A stretch of DNA of 64,000 bases. Source: Octopus sinensis. Taxonomy: Eukaryota. Positions within the stretch are counted from its first letter, which is position 1, and every line of letters starts with the position of its first letter. The stretch is from positions 62,001 to 126,000 of the forward strand of contig NW_021833258.1 in NCBI RefSeq assembly GCF_006345805.1, written 5' to 3'. The notes under the pieces are model-generated. The model did not search any database. It was not told the DNA's origin and was given only the letters and a program-made list of their open reading frames with translations. This document shows positions 50,781 through 63,730 of the stretch, one piece after another. Made by a program: the position numbers and the translations under genes.

Positions 50781-51669
50781 CAACAAATCTGGTTGTAATC
50801 AAAGCAAGCTTTCTACACGCGCCAAGACTGTCGAACCAAGACTGTTTTGTCTGTTTGCTTTCTAGGTCTCAAAACGGGAGGGGTGATGGCTCCACGCATT
50901 TCCACAGTACATTCGGTGCTCTTATGGACGACGATTGTGAGATAATCGATGTTGCACAACGTCTGGGTCTTGACGTTTGTGAGGAACACAGATGCCGGAC
51001 GTGACAATAGATTACTATTTTATTACTCCGCAAGGTCGGGGCCAAAATCTCCATTTCCACTCACTATCCTCGGGAGGTGGACTGGGTTCTTCAGTGGTTC
51101 TCGATCGCCGTTATCCGGAGGAACAGTTTGGCAATCCGCCAGGGTGCTGGCCTTTCCTTCGATTATTTTTTTATCACTTTTGCTTGAACTATTATTTGAA
51201 GTTTTTATCACTTAAAATCTAATTAATGCTGTTTAAAAGAATTGAAAGCTTACTCGTCAAAGATTAAGATACAAAATGAGAATGCACCGAAGTACACGAA
51301 AAAAATACGCCGTAGGACAGCCCGTATGGAACCGACCACATTCGAAGGCGAGCCAGAGTGCAATGGATGGCCAGCGAATGGCACATTTGCCTAATTGATA
51401 ACAAACATGCACGACCAGGTAAGTACCAGGGTTATGCACACATTAGGAGATAGATACAACCAAATCATCAAAATGTATGGATTTTTAATTAGCGTTGAGG
51501 TATATAAATTTAAATATATTATCTAATTTTTTATCGAGTTTTATAATAAATAACAATTTAAGTAATTACAAATGTATTAAATTTATGGAAAAGTGAGTTT
51601 CTGAACACAAATTGTTTAATCTTCGATCGCTCAAGTGTTTATATTCTCCATTTATTCCAATACAACATC

Positions 51670-51785
51670 ATTCCAATACAACAATCGGTTGTGGCAATAG
51701 ATCCAGGAGCGGATGCGGACATCAGCAGGTTCTGAGGCGAGAAAGAGTCCACAAACGTGGCATCCCAGGTAAGAGGCTTCCCCCT
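51670..51785 (-). mobile_element. CRE-like endonuclease fragment
   Basis: RGKPLTWDATFVDSFS..SAPGS. Confidence 0.7.
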
Positions 51786-52439
51786 GTTAAAATTAAAATA
51801 CGACTTTCTGTTCAATTTAATGGGAAAATTAATTGACATTACTTGACGAGCTTTCCAGAATCCTAGTTTGACGATTTTCTATTATACTTATTAGTCTATT
51901 GGTATTTGTTGGCTTTCGAAGGCTTGATTTTTATTTCTAGTTTATTCTGTTTTAATTCTCTTTTAATCAAGATAGCATTCTGTCCTTTCTTCTAAAAAAA
52001 AGTTAAAACTGAGGTTGTCAAACGGTGTCCTGCTTGAAAAATACAAATTTGAATAAATTTTTTACTAGAATTAAAATAATTTTGTAATACCGTCTGTATC
52101 AACGTGCTTTTGGGTGAACCAGTTTGTCGTTATTATAAAAATTCTTATTTGCCATTTGGATTTAGATGATACAAATAAACTACCTCAATATCTAATTTTC
52201 ATGGTCTTCTTGGTAAACACATTTGTTGGCATATAAAAGATTCGTTTATTCTGGGAAAATTATATAACAATTCACGCGGGAATTGTCCCTCAATCCTGCG
52301 AGCCAGTACTTAATAGCTCGATTTTTTAACAATTTATAACAATTGTGAAAATAAAAAATTTTTTTTTGAAAATTCTTTTTAATTAGCCACTTTTAACTAC
52401 TACACGAGCAATTGATATGTTCACGATATTAAACGATTA

Positions 52440-53086
52440 TTTCAATCCTCGTTTATCCAAATAATTCAAATCGATCTATCCTTCGGATTGTGAAGGAATC
52501 TAAAATTTATATGATTGTTAGATAAATAATCAAATTACTGATCAAATTCCTAATCTGTTTATAAAGACAATTATTTATTGAAAAATCGAATAAAGTTCTT
52601 TGTATAGTGTTTTTTCATTAATTTTTGTAAATAATCCGTGATGTGTTTTAAATTTTTTACAGTATTGTTTGTTATATTTTGAGAAAAGCAATTCAAACAA
52701 GAACTTGATTTAATGAGAATTTGAATTCTTCAAATAAAGTGGTTGGGCTAATATCGTAACTCTCATCGACCTGGCCATCTTAAGCATTAAGTACGTAATC
52801 GTCAACAGTTTTTTTTCTAACCATAAAATTACAAAAGGCGTATTGTTAATTAAATTTTAAAAAATTAATTATAAAAATTAATCAACAAAATTATATTTTT
52901 AATAATAATAAAGAAAATTAATCCGAAATTATATTATTTCAGCGTTCGGATTGCGGATTATTAAATTTTCGGAGCATTGAATCAAATTTGGCAGGAAAAA
53001 GTTATAAAATTTATGATTTCAATTAAAAAATTCTAATTATTGAAATTTTCAGATTATTGAAGTTCGGATTAACGAGGGTTGACTGT
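52440..53086. mobile_element. Non-coding pogo/Tigger-type derivative
   Basis: tcaatcctcgtttatccaa (52442) is an imperfect inverted copy of ttcggattaacgagggttgactg (ends 53086). Confidence 0.55.
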
Positions 53087-53129
53087 GTCAATAATATTTC
53101 ATTCCCAATTATATTGGTATATTTACAGA

Positions 53130-53960
53130 TGGAGCCCCGTTTATGTTTGATCCTAATAAACCACTTTGCCTTTAATTTGGTGCAATCTTATCGGATAAAG
53201 CAATGAAACAGTATCGTTTGATTGAACATTTAAAGCGAAAACATCATAATTTAATTGAAAAAAGCAGACCTTTTTCTAGAATTTATTTATAAACGATATC
53301 TTACAGAGAGATTCTTCAAATATTATGAAGACTATTCCATTAAGGAACGACACCCTACGAAGAAGAATTGATGAAATTTCTAATGAAATTAATAATCTAA
53401 ATTTAACTTTTCAGGGAACACAAGTTTTTAGTCAAACTTGACAAATCAGTTGTCGTTGATAACCAGTCAATTTTTATGGCATATGTAAGCTATTACTTTT
53501 TATAAATACTTTTTATAAAGATATTTCTATTATGATTTTATTTTGCAAGAAGAGTTATTATTTGCAAAATCTTTAATCACGGCTACCACAAAATTGTCAA
53601 TATTAATAATAATATTTCATTTGAACATATTTTATTGTTCGAAACTGATGGCGCACTGGCTATAATTGGAAAATATCGTGGATTTTTAGCTTTTCTATAA
53701 AAACAAATCTCAAATGTCTACTTCAATTCATTGTATTTTACATGGCATCATTTAATTGCAAAAATTATCTGAAGAATTGTCTGCGTTAATGCAAATTGTT
53801 ATCAAAGTAATTAATAAAATTAAGGAAACAGCAAGTACGCTCTTATTTTTCGTGAATACTGCACTAATCAAAATAAAAATTATATTAGGTTATTTCTACA
53901 TACCGAAGTAAGATGGTTTTCTAAGGGTAATTGTTTTGAAAGATTTGTGATATTATTTAA
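53130..53960 (+). mobile_element. Heavily decayed Buster-type hAT transposase
   Basis: LSDKAMKQYRLIEHLKRKH; TDGALAIIGKYRGF; HC..H..HLIAK; LHTEVRWFSKGNCFERF. Confidence 0.75.
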
Positions 53961-54099
53961 TGTCACCTGTTGAGAATGATACCAGGCTGAGAACGATCGC
54001 GCAAAATCGATTTTGCCCAAGTGACGTAACACCGGTAGTTAACGGCAGCGACCGACAAATTTAAATACAAGTCATTAAGTTTTAAAACCTAATAAACTC

Positions 54100-54780
54100 T
54101 AATTTCTGTCTTTTGGACAAAAAAGCAATCGAGTCGATTCGTTTGATAGATAAGCGTTTATTTTGCAAAGGGATATCGGACATAAAAGAAATTAAGGGCC
54201 AGTAGTGGCCTTACACACAGGGTCGTCCGGGGCTATTTTCTTCTCTTCTCTAGGAACTTTTGGAATTGGGTTTCAACAAGCTCGCCAATCATAGGAAGAC
54301 TTCGCGCCAGCTCGGTATTTTCTCTCTTAGATTTACGCCAAAGGCCACCTTGAGCGCTAATCTCCTCGTTTTCTCCAGCAGTTTTATAATTCTTGCCTTG
54401 GAGGGGGACAAAATCCACCCTTCCAGCCCATACATCAGTACTGGAAGGATAGCTGCCAGAAAGATGAATAGCACAGTATCTGGGGGTAGGCGGAATTTGA
54501 TCATTCGATCAAACGCAATCAATTTGCACTAATTGCTGGTGACCTTAATTCTGGCTGTTAAAAAGAAAACCGAGATGGAAAAATCCTGCGGGCTGTATCC
54601 GATCAAGTTGGTTTTGATGTTTGGACATCGAAAGAGCCAAATCATTTTTTCATGCCATGGGGATGATTTCTTAGGGCTGTTCCTAACTTCACCCTCATTG
54701 AAGCTCCTATGTGAACCTCCGAGGAAAATCGAAGACATCGGCAGCGATCATGCCACCCAGATGATGACTATAATGTTGCA
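54100..54780 (-). mobile_element. LINE RT C-terminal fragment
   Basis: LFIFLAAILPVLMYGLEGW..LEKTRRLALK; a FRYLGIF-like segment near 54570-54600. Confidence 0.6.
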
Positions 54781-54949
54781 TCCGACATTAATGGAGGATA
54801 TTTTTTTGCACTATAGAACTTCAAAAACGGACCGACTGATCACCTCAAAACATTAACATCCAGCAAACTTTGTTTCAAGAGAAACAAACTAAAGAGAAGT
54901 TAAATCCTCAAGGAAAAGAACCCAAATAAAAGGTTACTTATAGCAAATT

Positions 54950-55762
54950 AGGCTGTTGAAATGATTGCAGGATTCACAAGTCGATATAAAATGGCGAATA
55001 ACTTTTTGACTGACACCAATATATTTTTGGGAAATTAAATGGCACATTTTGGTAACACCTGGATGTCCGATAGAGTGTTCTTTAGTTAAAATTGAGTTAA
55101 TTCTAGCTTCTTAAAAAGAGCAGACAACAGTACGGAAATTTCCATTATGTGCAAAAAATAATTCTCCATTTACTAGTTGTAGATTCTTACATCTTCTGCG
55201 CAACGTCCGCTTTCGATTTTCAGTGAAGTCATCAGGATAGTGATTATATTCAACATAGTTCATAATGTTCTTTAATTCATCAGGAGTTTTAATGCTGAAC
55301 GAAGAAGGCATAACAAATATCAAGATAAAGCGTGCAATTTTATTTTTTTAAAAATAATTTTGAAATAATTTATCAGTAATACTTTTAACTAAATTAAAAA
55401 AAATAAATCGAAAATTTTTTTAGGGAGAGGAGGTCATGGAAGTGAGGACCACATCTTCGAGGACTTTCTCAGCAACGCTTTTAACTAAATTAAAAAAATA
55501 AATCGAAAATTTTTTTAGGGAGAGGAGGTCGTGGAAGTGAGGATCACATCTTCAAGGACTTTCTAAGTAATGCTTTTAACTGAATTGAGCAAAAATAAGT
55601 CGAAAATTTTTTTAGGGAAAGGAGGTCGTGGAAGTGAGGAACACATTTTCGGGGACTTTTTCAGTAGCACTTTTGACTAAATTGAAAAAATAAGTCGAAA
55701 AATTTTAGTTGGTTAATGTTTTCAAATGATCAGTCGGTTTTATCAGCCCGGACGCTATGACA
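54950..55762 (-). mobile_element. 5' end of another Ginger-like element (integrase HHCC region)
   Basis: Minus strand starts TGTCATAG at 55762. ORF 55111-55323 (YPDDFTENRKRTLRRRCKNLQLVNGELF) continues past a stop as ILTKEHSIGHPGVTKM..ISQKYIGV...TCESC. Confidence 0.65.
55380..55710. repeat. ~3.3 tandem copies of a ~96-bp unit
   Basis: cttttaactaaatt...gaaaattttttttagggagaggaggtc.tggaagtgagga.cacat.ttc.aggacttt starts at about 55382, 55478, 55573 and 55670. Confidence 0.9.
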
Positions 55763-55780
55763 TACGACAATTAATATCGA

Positions 55781-56361
55781 TTAATCATAGGGAAAGCCAG
55801 AGGCCTGGCGGATCGCCAAACTGTTTTCCCGGATAACGGCGATTGAGAACCGTTGCAATATCCAGTCCAGCTCCCGAGGATCGTGAGTACGCATTGAGAT
55901 TTTGGCTCCGAGCTTGCGGAGGAACTTTTCCGTCTTTGGACCAAGAGCACCCGACGTCTCCACCGCTATCGGAACCACGAAAAACTTTTCCGAAAGGGCA
56001 GAATATTTGGAAAGCTTTAGATCTTCAGCCTTCTTAGCAGCTGATTTAGCCTCCAGAGCACACGAGGTTAGATGTGAAGCAGAAAAAGTGTCCCAGCAGG
56101 TTGCGTCCCATACGAGACCTTTTCCGCCCTCAAAAGGGAAAAGGGTCATTCCGTCGGGACGTTTCCCGTCACCGCGGTCAAGACCTGGTGGTTCGAGAAC
56201 CGAAGGAAATCCCGCCGAGTCGAGGGCCCTCCGTATGATGTCGTTCATAGCAGAGTGCCTCGGGAAACGTCCGGCGCTCCTCCTGCACGATAAAGGATGC
56301 AGACCGAAAGGGTCAACAGTGCAGCCACAGCGACACGTATGCGGGACACATTGCCTTAGTC
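55781..56361 (-). mobile_element. CRE-like LINE 3' end: CCHC finger plus PD-(D/E)xK endonuclease, open frame
   Basis: HTCRCG..VDPFGLHPLSC..GRFPRHSAMNDII..LEPPGL.RGDGKRPDG..LVWDATC..KY..PIAVETSG..QRFSIAVIRENS. Truncated at 56361 by a hAT. Confidence 0.9.
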
Positions 56362-57335
56362 CAGGGGTAGGCAAAAGCAGGCTCGCGAGCCTTTGAAGGC
56401 TCTTTAACTCTTACGGTAGGCTCTTTCAATTTTTAACTATTTTTTTGTTTTGTTAATAACAAAAAATCTTTGCACGTTTAACATTAATTTTTTGTGGTAC
56501 ATCGATATATGCCTAGCAAGAAAAAATTAATAAAAAATCGATAATGCGCGACATTTTCAATCAAAATGGACTGAAACTTTTGCATTCACGTCTAATTCAG
56601 AACAACTACCGAAATGTCTCATTTGCCAGGAAACTTTGAATCAAAATAAAAAGTCAAATTTAGAGAGACACTTTAACACAAAACACTCAAATTTCGCCAA
56701 AAAATATCCAATTGATGATTCCCGAAAGAAAGCTGTAGAAGAACTTGCAAAGAATAATCAGTTCGAGAATTCTGCTTTTAAATGTTGGTCTGACAATGCC
56801 AGGACTGCAAATATTGCCAGTTTTTTGATAAGCCACGAGATCGCATAAAGGGGAAAACCATTTACCGATGGCGAATTTATAAAGGCATGTTTCATTAAAA
56901 TTTCCGAAGAACTTTTTCACGATTTTTCAAATAAGGCAGAAATCGTGAATAAGATAATGAATATACATTTATCTGCGAAAATAGTAGCCGACAGGACTTT
57001 TAAGATGTCTTCGAATGTATCTGTTCAACAAGTTTCTGACATGAAATTGTCTAATTCAATTTCAATAGCAATAGATGAATCATGTGATATAAATGACATT
57101 GCACAAGTATCATTGTTCATGTCATACTTCGGTGTCTCTGTTTGTTCGTTATGTGTCTCGAGGTTTCCTGAGGCAAGAACTTTTGGCATTATTGCCTCTA
57201 AAGGGTCAAACCCGTGGTGAAGATCTTGTTGGCGCAGTCGTAGAATATTTTGAAACGAATTATATTCCTCTTAATAAAATCGTTTCAATTTCAACTGACG
57301 GTGCTGAAAGCATGCTGGGATCGAGAAAGGAATTC
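56362..57335 (+). mobile_element. Buster/Charlie hAT 5' half inserted in the CRE-like element
   Basis: TIR caggggtaggcaa is preceded by ccttagtc (nnnTAnnn). WTETFAF..PKCLICQETL..KKSNLERHFNTKH; GKPFTDGEFIK; SIAIDESCDIND; SISTDGA. Confidence 0.88.
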
Positions 57336-58389
57336 AAAGGATCCTGTTGGCCGTTGTGCGTGGGAACAGCTGTTCCATCCGGCTTGCTGGCCGATTAATT
57401 TCTGATTAATTTAACTTTCCTTGTCTTGTTGAATGTCTAAAAAAATGTCTATTTAATTTTATGAATTTAAATTTTTGACAAGTGGTAAAAGGTGGCTCTT
57501 CAATTTTCGAAATTTCCAAAAATGTTCAAAATTGGCTTAGTCCGAGGCGCAGAGAGACTCCGATCCTTACCGCTTCATCGTCAAGGAGAGTGCCAGATGG
57601 GGCGTTCGGGAATGCACAAAGCCAAGCTCCACTGGCCGGGGATGCTGCCGAAAGAAGACAAGCGCGACGGTGCTGGTTGGACGACTCGAGCAGCAGATTA
57701 AAAGTTTGCTTGCATTACTGAATTAAGTATTATATAATAAGAATCGTTAAAATCTTTAATAGATACATTTCAAAGATATGTTTTGATACATTTTCCAATA
57801 CAACAGTATGCTTTCCTTTTACTTAAAATCTTCACTTAATCTATAATTTCATTCTATAATTTGTCATTCTGTAAGCAAGTCTTCTAGTGTTAGTACTCCT
57901 TAAAAATCCCCAACATATTTAGTGATTAGAGACAATCTTTTCTGATATTTGAGACTCCAGGTCACAATTGGGAGAAACTAAATGACTGACAACTTAGAGA
58001 TCAGAAAGCCAATGTCCGCAACTTGTCCTTCTCAACCAAGGCTGACATATCCTTTCGGAGTTATTGGGCTCCTTCGGTGACAATGAACTGTCGCCAGAGG
58101 TCCTCGTTGGCTTGGAACGTCATATCTCCAGTTTTTCATGATTGAGAAAATGAAGAATGATTCCGCATTCGTAATCCTCCTATTTGTCCCCAATCATGTC
58201 CCATAAAATCTTCTGTGAGTTGTCCTTCTTCGCAGACCCAGTCATTTTCGTTTAAATACTCCAGAATGTGTACCATGAGATGTATATCTTAAGGTTACTC
58301 AATTTGTGCACTGTTTTACCCCAAAAAGAGGTGTGAGGGTTTTTCTACCATTCAAAAGGTTCATTTAGTTCTCTCATTTGGGTAGACTC

Positions 58390-59200
58390 CACTTTCAGGA
58401 TGAACATTTTTGAGTTTCCTAAACTCAAATCCTGGCTTGCTTCGCCTTCGAAATCATTGGTCACCTTATTTTCTTCCGACAAAAGACAATCAAACCTTCA
58501 CCCAAAGTTATCTTTCTTTGGTTCTGACCTCCCACTATGCAAAAACCCTACTATCCTCGGACTTACTTTTGATCCAACTATGTTCTTCAACAAGCATATC
58601 TCTAACATTTCTGATAAGGAAAACAGACCCACAAACATACTAAAAACAATAAGTGGTCACATTACAGGCGCCCAGAAGTTACTCCTCAAACGAGCCCAGA
58701 AGCCACGAGTATTAAGTTATGCGAGTCCAAGCTGGGCGCCCTGTCTATCCATAAACTCGACAATGGCACTTCAATCAGTACAAAACAAGGCCATGCGCAC
58801 AATATCTGGGTGTCTGAAATCAACCCCAATTGATAACCTCCACTGAGAAACAAACCTTTTGCCAATTGAAGATAATCTAAATATGAGAGGAGCCCAATTT
58901 TTATTTGCATCTCGAATGTTCTGCTCTAAATGTGCTAAACGGAAATTCTCGTTCAGTGAAGAACACGCCAGCGAATCTATATTCCCGGATCCTTGCCAAA
59001 ATCGATGGCTTGCACCAATGCCCATATCCGATGAGAAAAATTCACAATTTGATATCCACGTCAGCTATTCTTGAGCTGACGCCCAACTCTGTACTCAATA
59101 AACCTTCTCCTGACGTTCACTATTCTGAATTACTTCTCGACCGTTCGGCTCACACAAACTTAGCTCGTTTCCGTTCTGGTCATCACTCCTCATTAAACCA
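58390..59200 (+). mobile_element. jockey-like LINE C-terminal fragment
   Basis: PTILGLTFDPTMFFNKHI; VLSYASPSW; LQSVQNKAMRTISGC.KSTPIDNLH; LARFRSGH. Confidence 0.85.
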
Positions 59201-59849
59201 CTTGCACATAATAACAAAATGTTTAATTATTAAAAATATAAATTTTTTTACTAATTTGTATAAACAAAACCAACCACACTCAATTTACGCAGTTAACATA
59301 TAAGTTTGAATATTGTTATTCCACTGTCGAACATTGGCATCGTCGTCCTGTCTAAAAATTAATTTGACGCTGAGACCTTAAAAGCACAGTCGTTCAGACA
59401 TTGACCACCGAATATCTTCTAAGGTTAATTAAATCCGTAATGTATCTATCCCTACATCTCCTTGCAATGATTAGCGTAATTGAAGGCTTTGTAGACAATA
59501 ATTTTTTCGACTAATAATATTTACTGAAAAGAGTTATTACCTGACAGAAAGCACAAAGCGGAATCATTTTAGAGATTTCTTCTCTATTCAATCCATAATT
59601 GAGATTTCTTAATATTGAAAATAGCCGGTCTCTCCCAAAGTGGTTATGTTCCGCCTAACTTTTATTTTTTTTCAGCTATTTGTGACAAGTGTAGATTATT
59701 CGGCGTGTATTTTATTCGGACTGTGACATTTTATCATAAATGATCGAATTGGTGATTCTTTTTGTTTCTACAACTACAAAAACTACATTAACCAATTGTG
59801 AAATGTCAAAAGGCAATATCTCCAGAAACAAAATTTAACTTAAGCTAGA

Positions 59850-61125
59850 CTATTTAATTTAGATTCTCAGTCCCGATTATTGGGAATCTCTCTGCTCCTT
59901 TTAGAAGAAAAGTTTTCAATCAGTTTCTCCACACTCTCCATCTCTTCGTCAGATAGATTTTCTGTTTGTCTCATATCTTTCACCGGCGTGTCACGGCAGC
60001 ATGCCACTTCTGCAAGCTGGTAAGCAGCAGAGGTGTATTCTTCGGCAGATACTCTCACTCCATGTCTGTGTTCAACTACCATGCTTTCTAGAGTCCTTTT
60101 TAGAACAACAGACTGAATATAAGTTCTTGTGGCTTTTTCAATTGATAATTTGTACATATAGTTTTTGAAGTATCTTGAAACAACGTCATCCCACTTCAAG
60201 ACAACCGGGATAATCTTTACCTTTGCATCATAAAGTATTGAAAGTTTGTTTGCGAGCAGATCATATTTATGAAATTTTTCGATTTCGACTTGTTTGAGGC
60301 GATCTTGTGAAGAGATGTAATTTCGATTAAGGTCATCTCTTGCTTAGTTTTGTCATACACGAAGATATCTGGTTTGTTGGATTGAACTTTAGTTTCCGTC
60401 ATAATACATATAGACTCGGATTTCAGCATTCTGAGTCGATATTATGGACTGAACAGAATGTGCCTTTAATTTCCTTCCTCTCTTAATCCCGTAGGTTTGG
60501 CACAAATGAAGGTGAATGCACTTCACAACTTCATTGTCTCTTTGCAGATAATCACTGTTTAACATCTTCCCGCACTGCGTGCCAAATGATCAACTGTTTT
60601 CTTGCATTTTTTGCAGTGACTGCATAAAGATCCCATGGATGTGAAAAACAAATTCCTATCCTGCAAGAGATAGTACAGTGCTTTACCCCGTGGGCCATTA
60701 TTTCCTTTAGATACCACTCTGAGGACGTAGCTAGATCAGCATTTTGTTCGTCCATGCATTTGAATAGCACCGAATGCAGCATTTTACAATTAATGTTCTT
60801 AAGCAAATATTTTCTTTGGGCATCTTTGATAAACTCAACACCTAAATTCTCCATGTCAAGAATTGCATACTTGGAGGCGAGAAATCCTGCCATATGCCAT
60901 TTATTTGTGTGTATCACACGCAGGATCCCCGATCGCCGTAAGCATACTGCCGACTGTCTTTCTAAACTTTTCAGGAACTGGAAGAGTATCAGTTCACTTA
61001 TGAAAGAAACTGAAGCAAGTTGTCTCCCAAAAGATTTCCGATTTAAATATAATTTAAATATTTGCAGGTTTTAGATGGAGTCTGAGAGTCGTAAGAAGTT
61101 GTCGTATTTGACGGCCAATACAATC
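59850..61125 (-). mobile_element. R4/Dong-like LINE 3' half, frameshifted
   Basis: Paralogue of 3890-5400: KMLHSVLFKC, CSHCKK, NEVVKCIHLHLC, SNKPDIFVYD, VLKRTLESMVVEHRHG. Confidence 0.87.
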
Positions 61126-63449
61126 AAAAGGCAATAATTTATTTTTCTACAAAATTTAAAATGTTCGTTGCGCTCTTCAAAATTGAATTTATAAAACAGA
61201 CGGAACTGTTAATTCAAATATAACAAGACTTAAGATATACAAAATTTTTAAATTTCTGTTTATAATTGTCAATATATTTTGTAGTGACTGTTATGGTTCC
61301 TTGATGTATATCATGAATGATACTTTTCATGATCTGGTATTATTAAATACAGTGTAATGACTTAATTAAATTGATTTTTTACAACAGGTGATTCCTTAGC
61401 TGCCTGGAATTGCAATATTTTAGTCGTTCGGCATTTTTGACTTATTTAAGTTTGTCTGTATTTTTAACTATAAAAATTTTAGTTTGTTGCCGAAGTACAA
61501 AACGTTTCGTCCGTTTATAAACATTCAATACAAAATTTATTTTGAAAGGTTTATAATGTGCCTCCAAATTGATGAATCACTGCCAATATCGTATTTATTT
61601 CGATCTTCAAGTGTAGACTACTTGGAGGCAAGAATGCTTGATTTATGCTAGAGTATGTCCATATCTATTTAATAGCCTAGTAGTGATTCTGAGTGGCGGC
61701 TGTATGCCGGAACTTTCACATCGACCACTTATCCAAGCATGAGTACCTTCCATACGATGAAGACAACGCCGTATATTAGATACTAAGAAATGACACAAAT
61801 ATTAACATTCTTTCTTCTAATACTAATATTCATTTCTGTACTTAATATAGCTCATTTCCGTTATTGAATTCTTTGTCTGTCAATTCAGTTTTTTGCAAAG
61901 TTTAATATTTTGCCTCAATTTTTATTCAAACCTTTCTACCCATTTAAGTGAGCGACTTCGTCTAAGATACTCGAATATTGTGGATTAGTGTATTCTAAAG
62001 GAACTTCATCATCATTATTGCTAAAACCACCAGAAAACCAAAGCTATGTGCCGACTGAGTCATTTTTATATTACTTATGCAAGCTTGCAATGAGTCGAAT
62101 GTGAGGGATAACGTGATATGTTGAGATATCAGGAAATGACACAAATATGACCATTCTTTGTGTATTATTAATATTCATCCTCCTAATTAATTAAGATATT
62201 TATGTTCTCAACTAAGAAATTATCTCCAGAATAGTGAGGTATTCCTTCGAGGCGAGTAGTCTCGTCAGTAAGAAAGAAAATGTATAAAAAGTGCACATTC
62301 CGTTCAGTGCAATTAATTGAAAAACAAATAAAAATTAAATCAGTCTTGTATTAGTAGCAACTTCTTGGGTGAAAAAACCAAAATGGACGCCGAATGAATA
62401 AATCCGTCAAGAAATAAAGTGAACGAGTGATAGTTTTGTTGCAAGACTTTCCTCCACTCTTGGGTGGAGATTGGGGTTACCAGGATGATAAAATCAGCAG
62501 AACAAGTCAATCGGATTTTGATGATTTTGGCCAAGAGAAAAAAATTGCTTTTTAAAACTATTGTTGTGTTAATATTTTTAGCAAAATTCTTTATTAATCA
62601 AGGAAATCATTAAATTAATAACATTTATTTTAAATTCTTTTTTCTAAATAGTTTCTCCAATTCTGATTCTTGGTTGAGTTTCCTCTCCTCCTCGGCATAC
62701 TTAATTATAAGTAGAACGATACATATTCCATAAGTTTTGACCTTTTCGCAAACATTGCTGCGACTTCCGGGTCAACTGCCGCTTTTTTATCTTCGTTCTT
62801 AGCTTTGTTCAGTTTTTTCAATTCAAAATGTTTATCCAATTCAGTTTTGGAAGAGTTGACTCCACTCGTACGTTAAATGATTAATTCTACGTTTTAACTG
62901 ACACTTTAATTTCGGATTTTAAATCTTTCGGTAGGTGTGCCATTAAAAGTGTTTTTTATTTGAATAATTTATTATTTAAAAAATTATAATATTTATTAAA
63001 TTATATATTGAATAATTGCTATGATAGAAATTTTTTTTAATGAGATAGATTAATTAAATTAATTGGAGCAAATTAAGATAGGAATGAACTAAAAAGGAAT
63101 CTCAGAGGGGCTAAAGCACGCGCCCTCCTGCGGTAAGTACCGCATGCGTGTTGCCACGGAGAATGGCAATGAAGAAATTATTAAATATTGATATAAATTT
63201 TTTTTTGATAGAAATTATCAAATATTTTAGAATAACAATTAATGTGTCATGTTTCACAGTATATTCTCAATTGAAATTAAATTTATTGAAAAACCTAATT
63301 TAAATTAAGTAATTCTTTAAAAATTGTTGTGTTAAGTCACAATCGTTATAGATCACAAATTGACAAAAATATGACAAGTAGAATCATTATAATTAAAGGT
63401 CATATTCTATCGTGAATAGAAAGAATAACATCCAAATTTTACAAGCACT

Positions 63450-63730
63450 ACCAAAACTCCCTAGAGTCCATGATTCAACGCGTACATATGTTCAGACGGT
63501 CGTGATCAAAAAAACACTGAAGAGCATGCGTCCGGAGTACAAACTCTTATCTACAACGGCGAAAAATGCAATCAATGAACGACTAAGTGAAGGAAGCAGC
63601 TACCACGAGACACCAGAAGAACCTTTCAAGGATACCGATGCTGTATTCCGGCCCGAGAAGGAAGCTCGAACCAAAGTTATCATAAGATATTTTTTCCACT
63701 TCAATGAATTTGCTAATTTGAATTTAAATA
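63450..63730 (+). mobile_element. R4/Dong-like LINE extreme 3' end
   Basis: STRTYVQTVVIKKTLKSMRPEYKLL..AINERLSE, closely similar to 15280-15570. Confidence 0.7.

Noticed and set aside
56362-56374. MPTPG as the start of the 197-aa ORF 55781-56374
   Set aside because: These codons come from the TIR of the inserted hAT; the ORF is a truncated LINE C-terminus.
62600-62945. Possible Harbinger Myb/SANT-like accessory protein fragment on the minus strand (RTSGVNSSKTELDK)
   Set aside because: The motif is too short, and no TIR or transposase partner was found.
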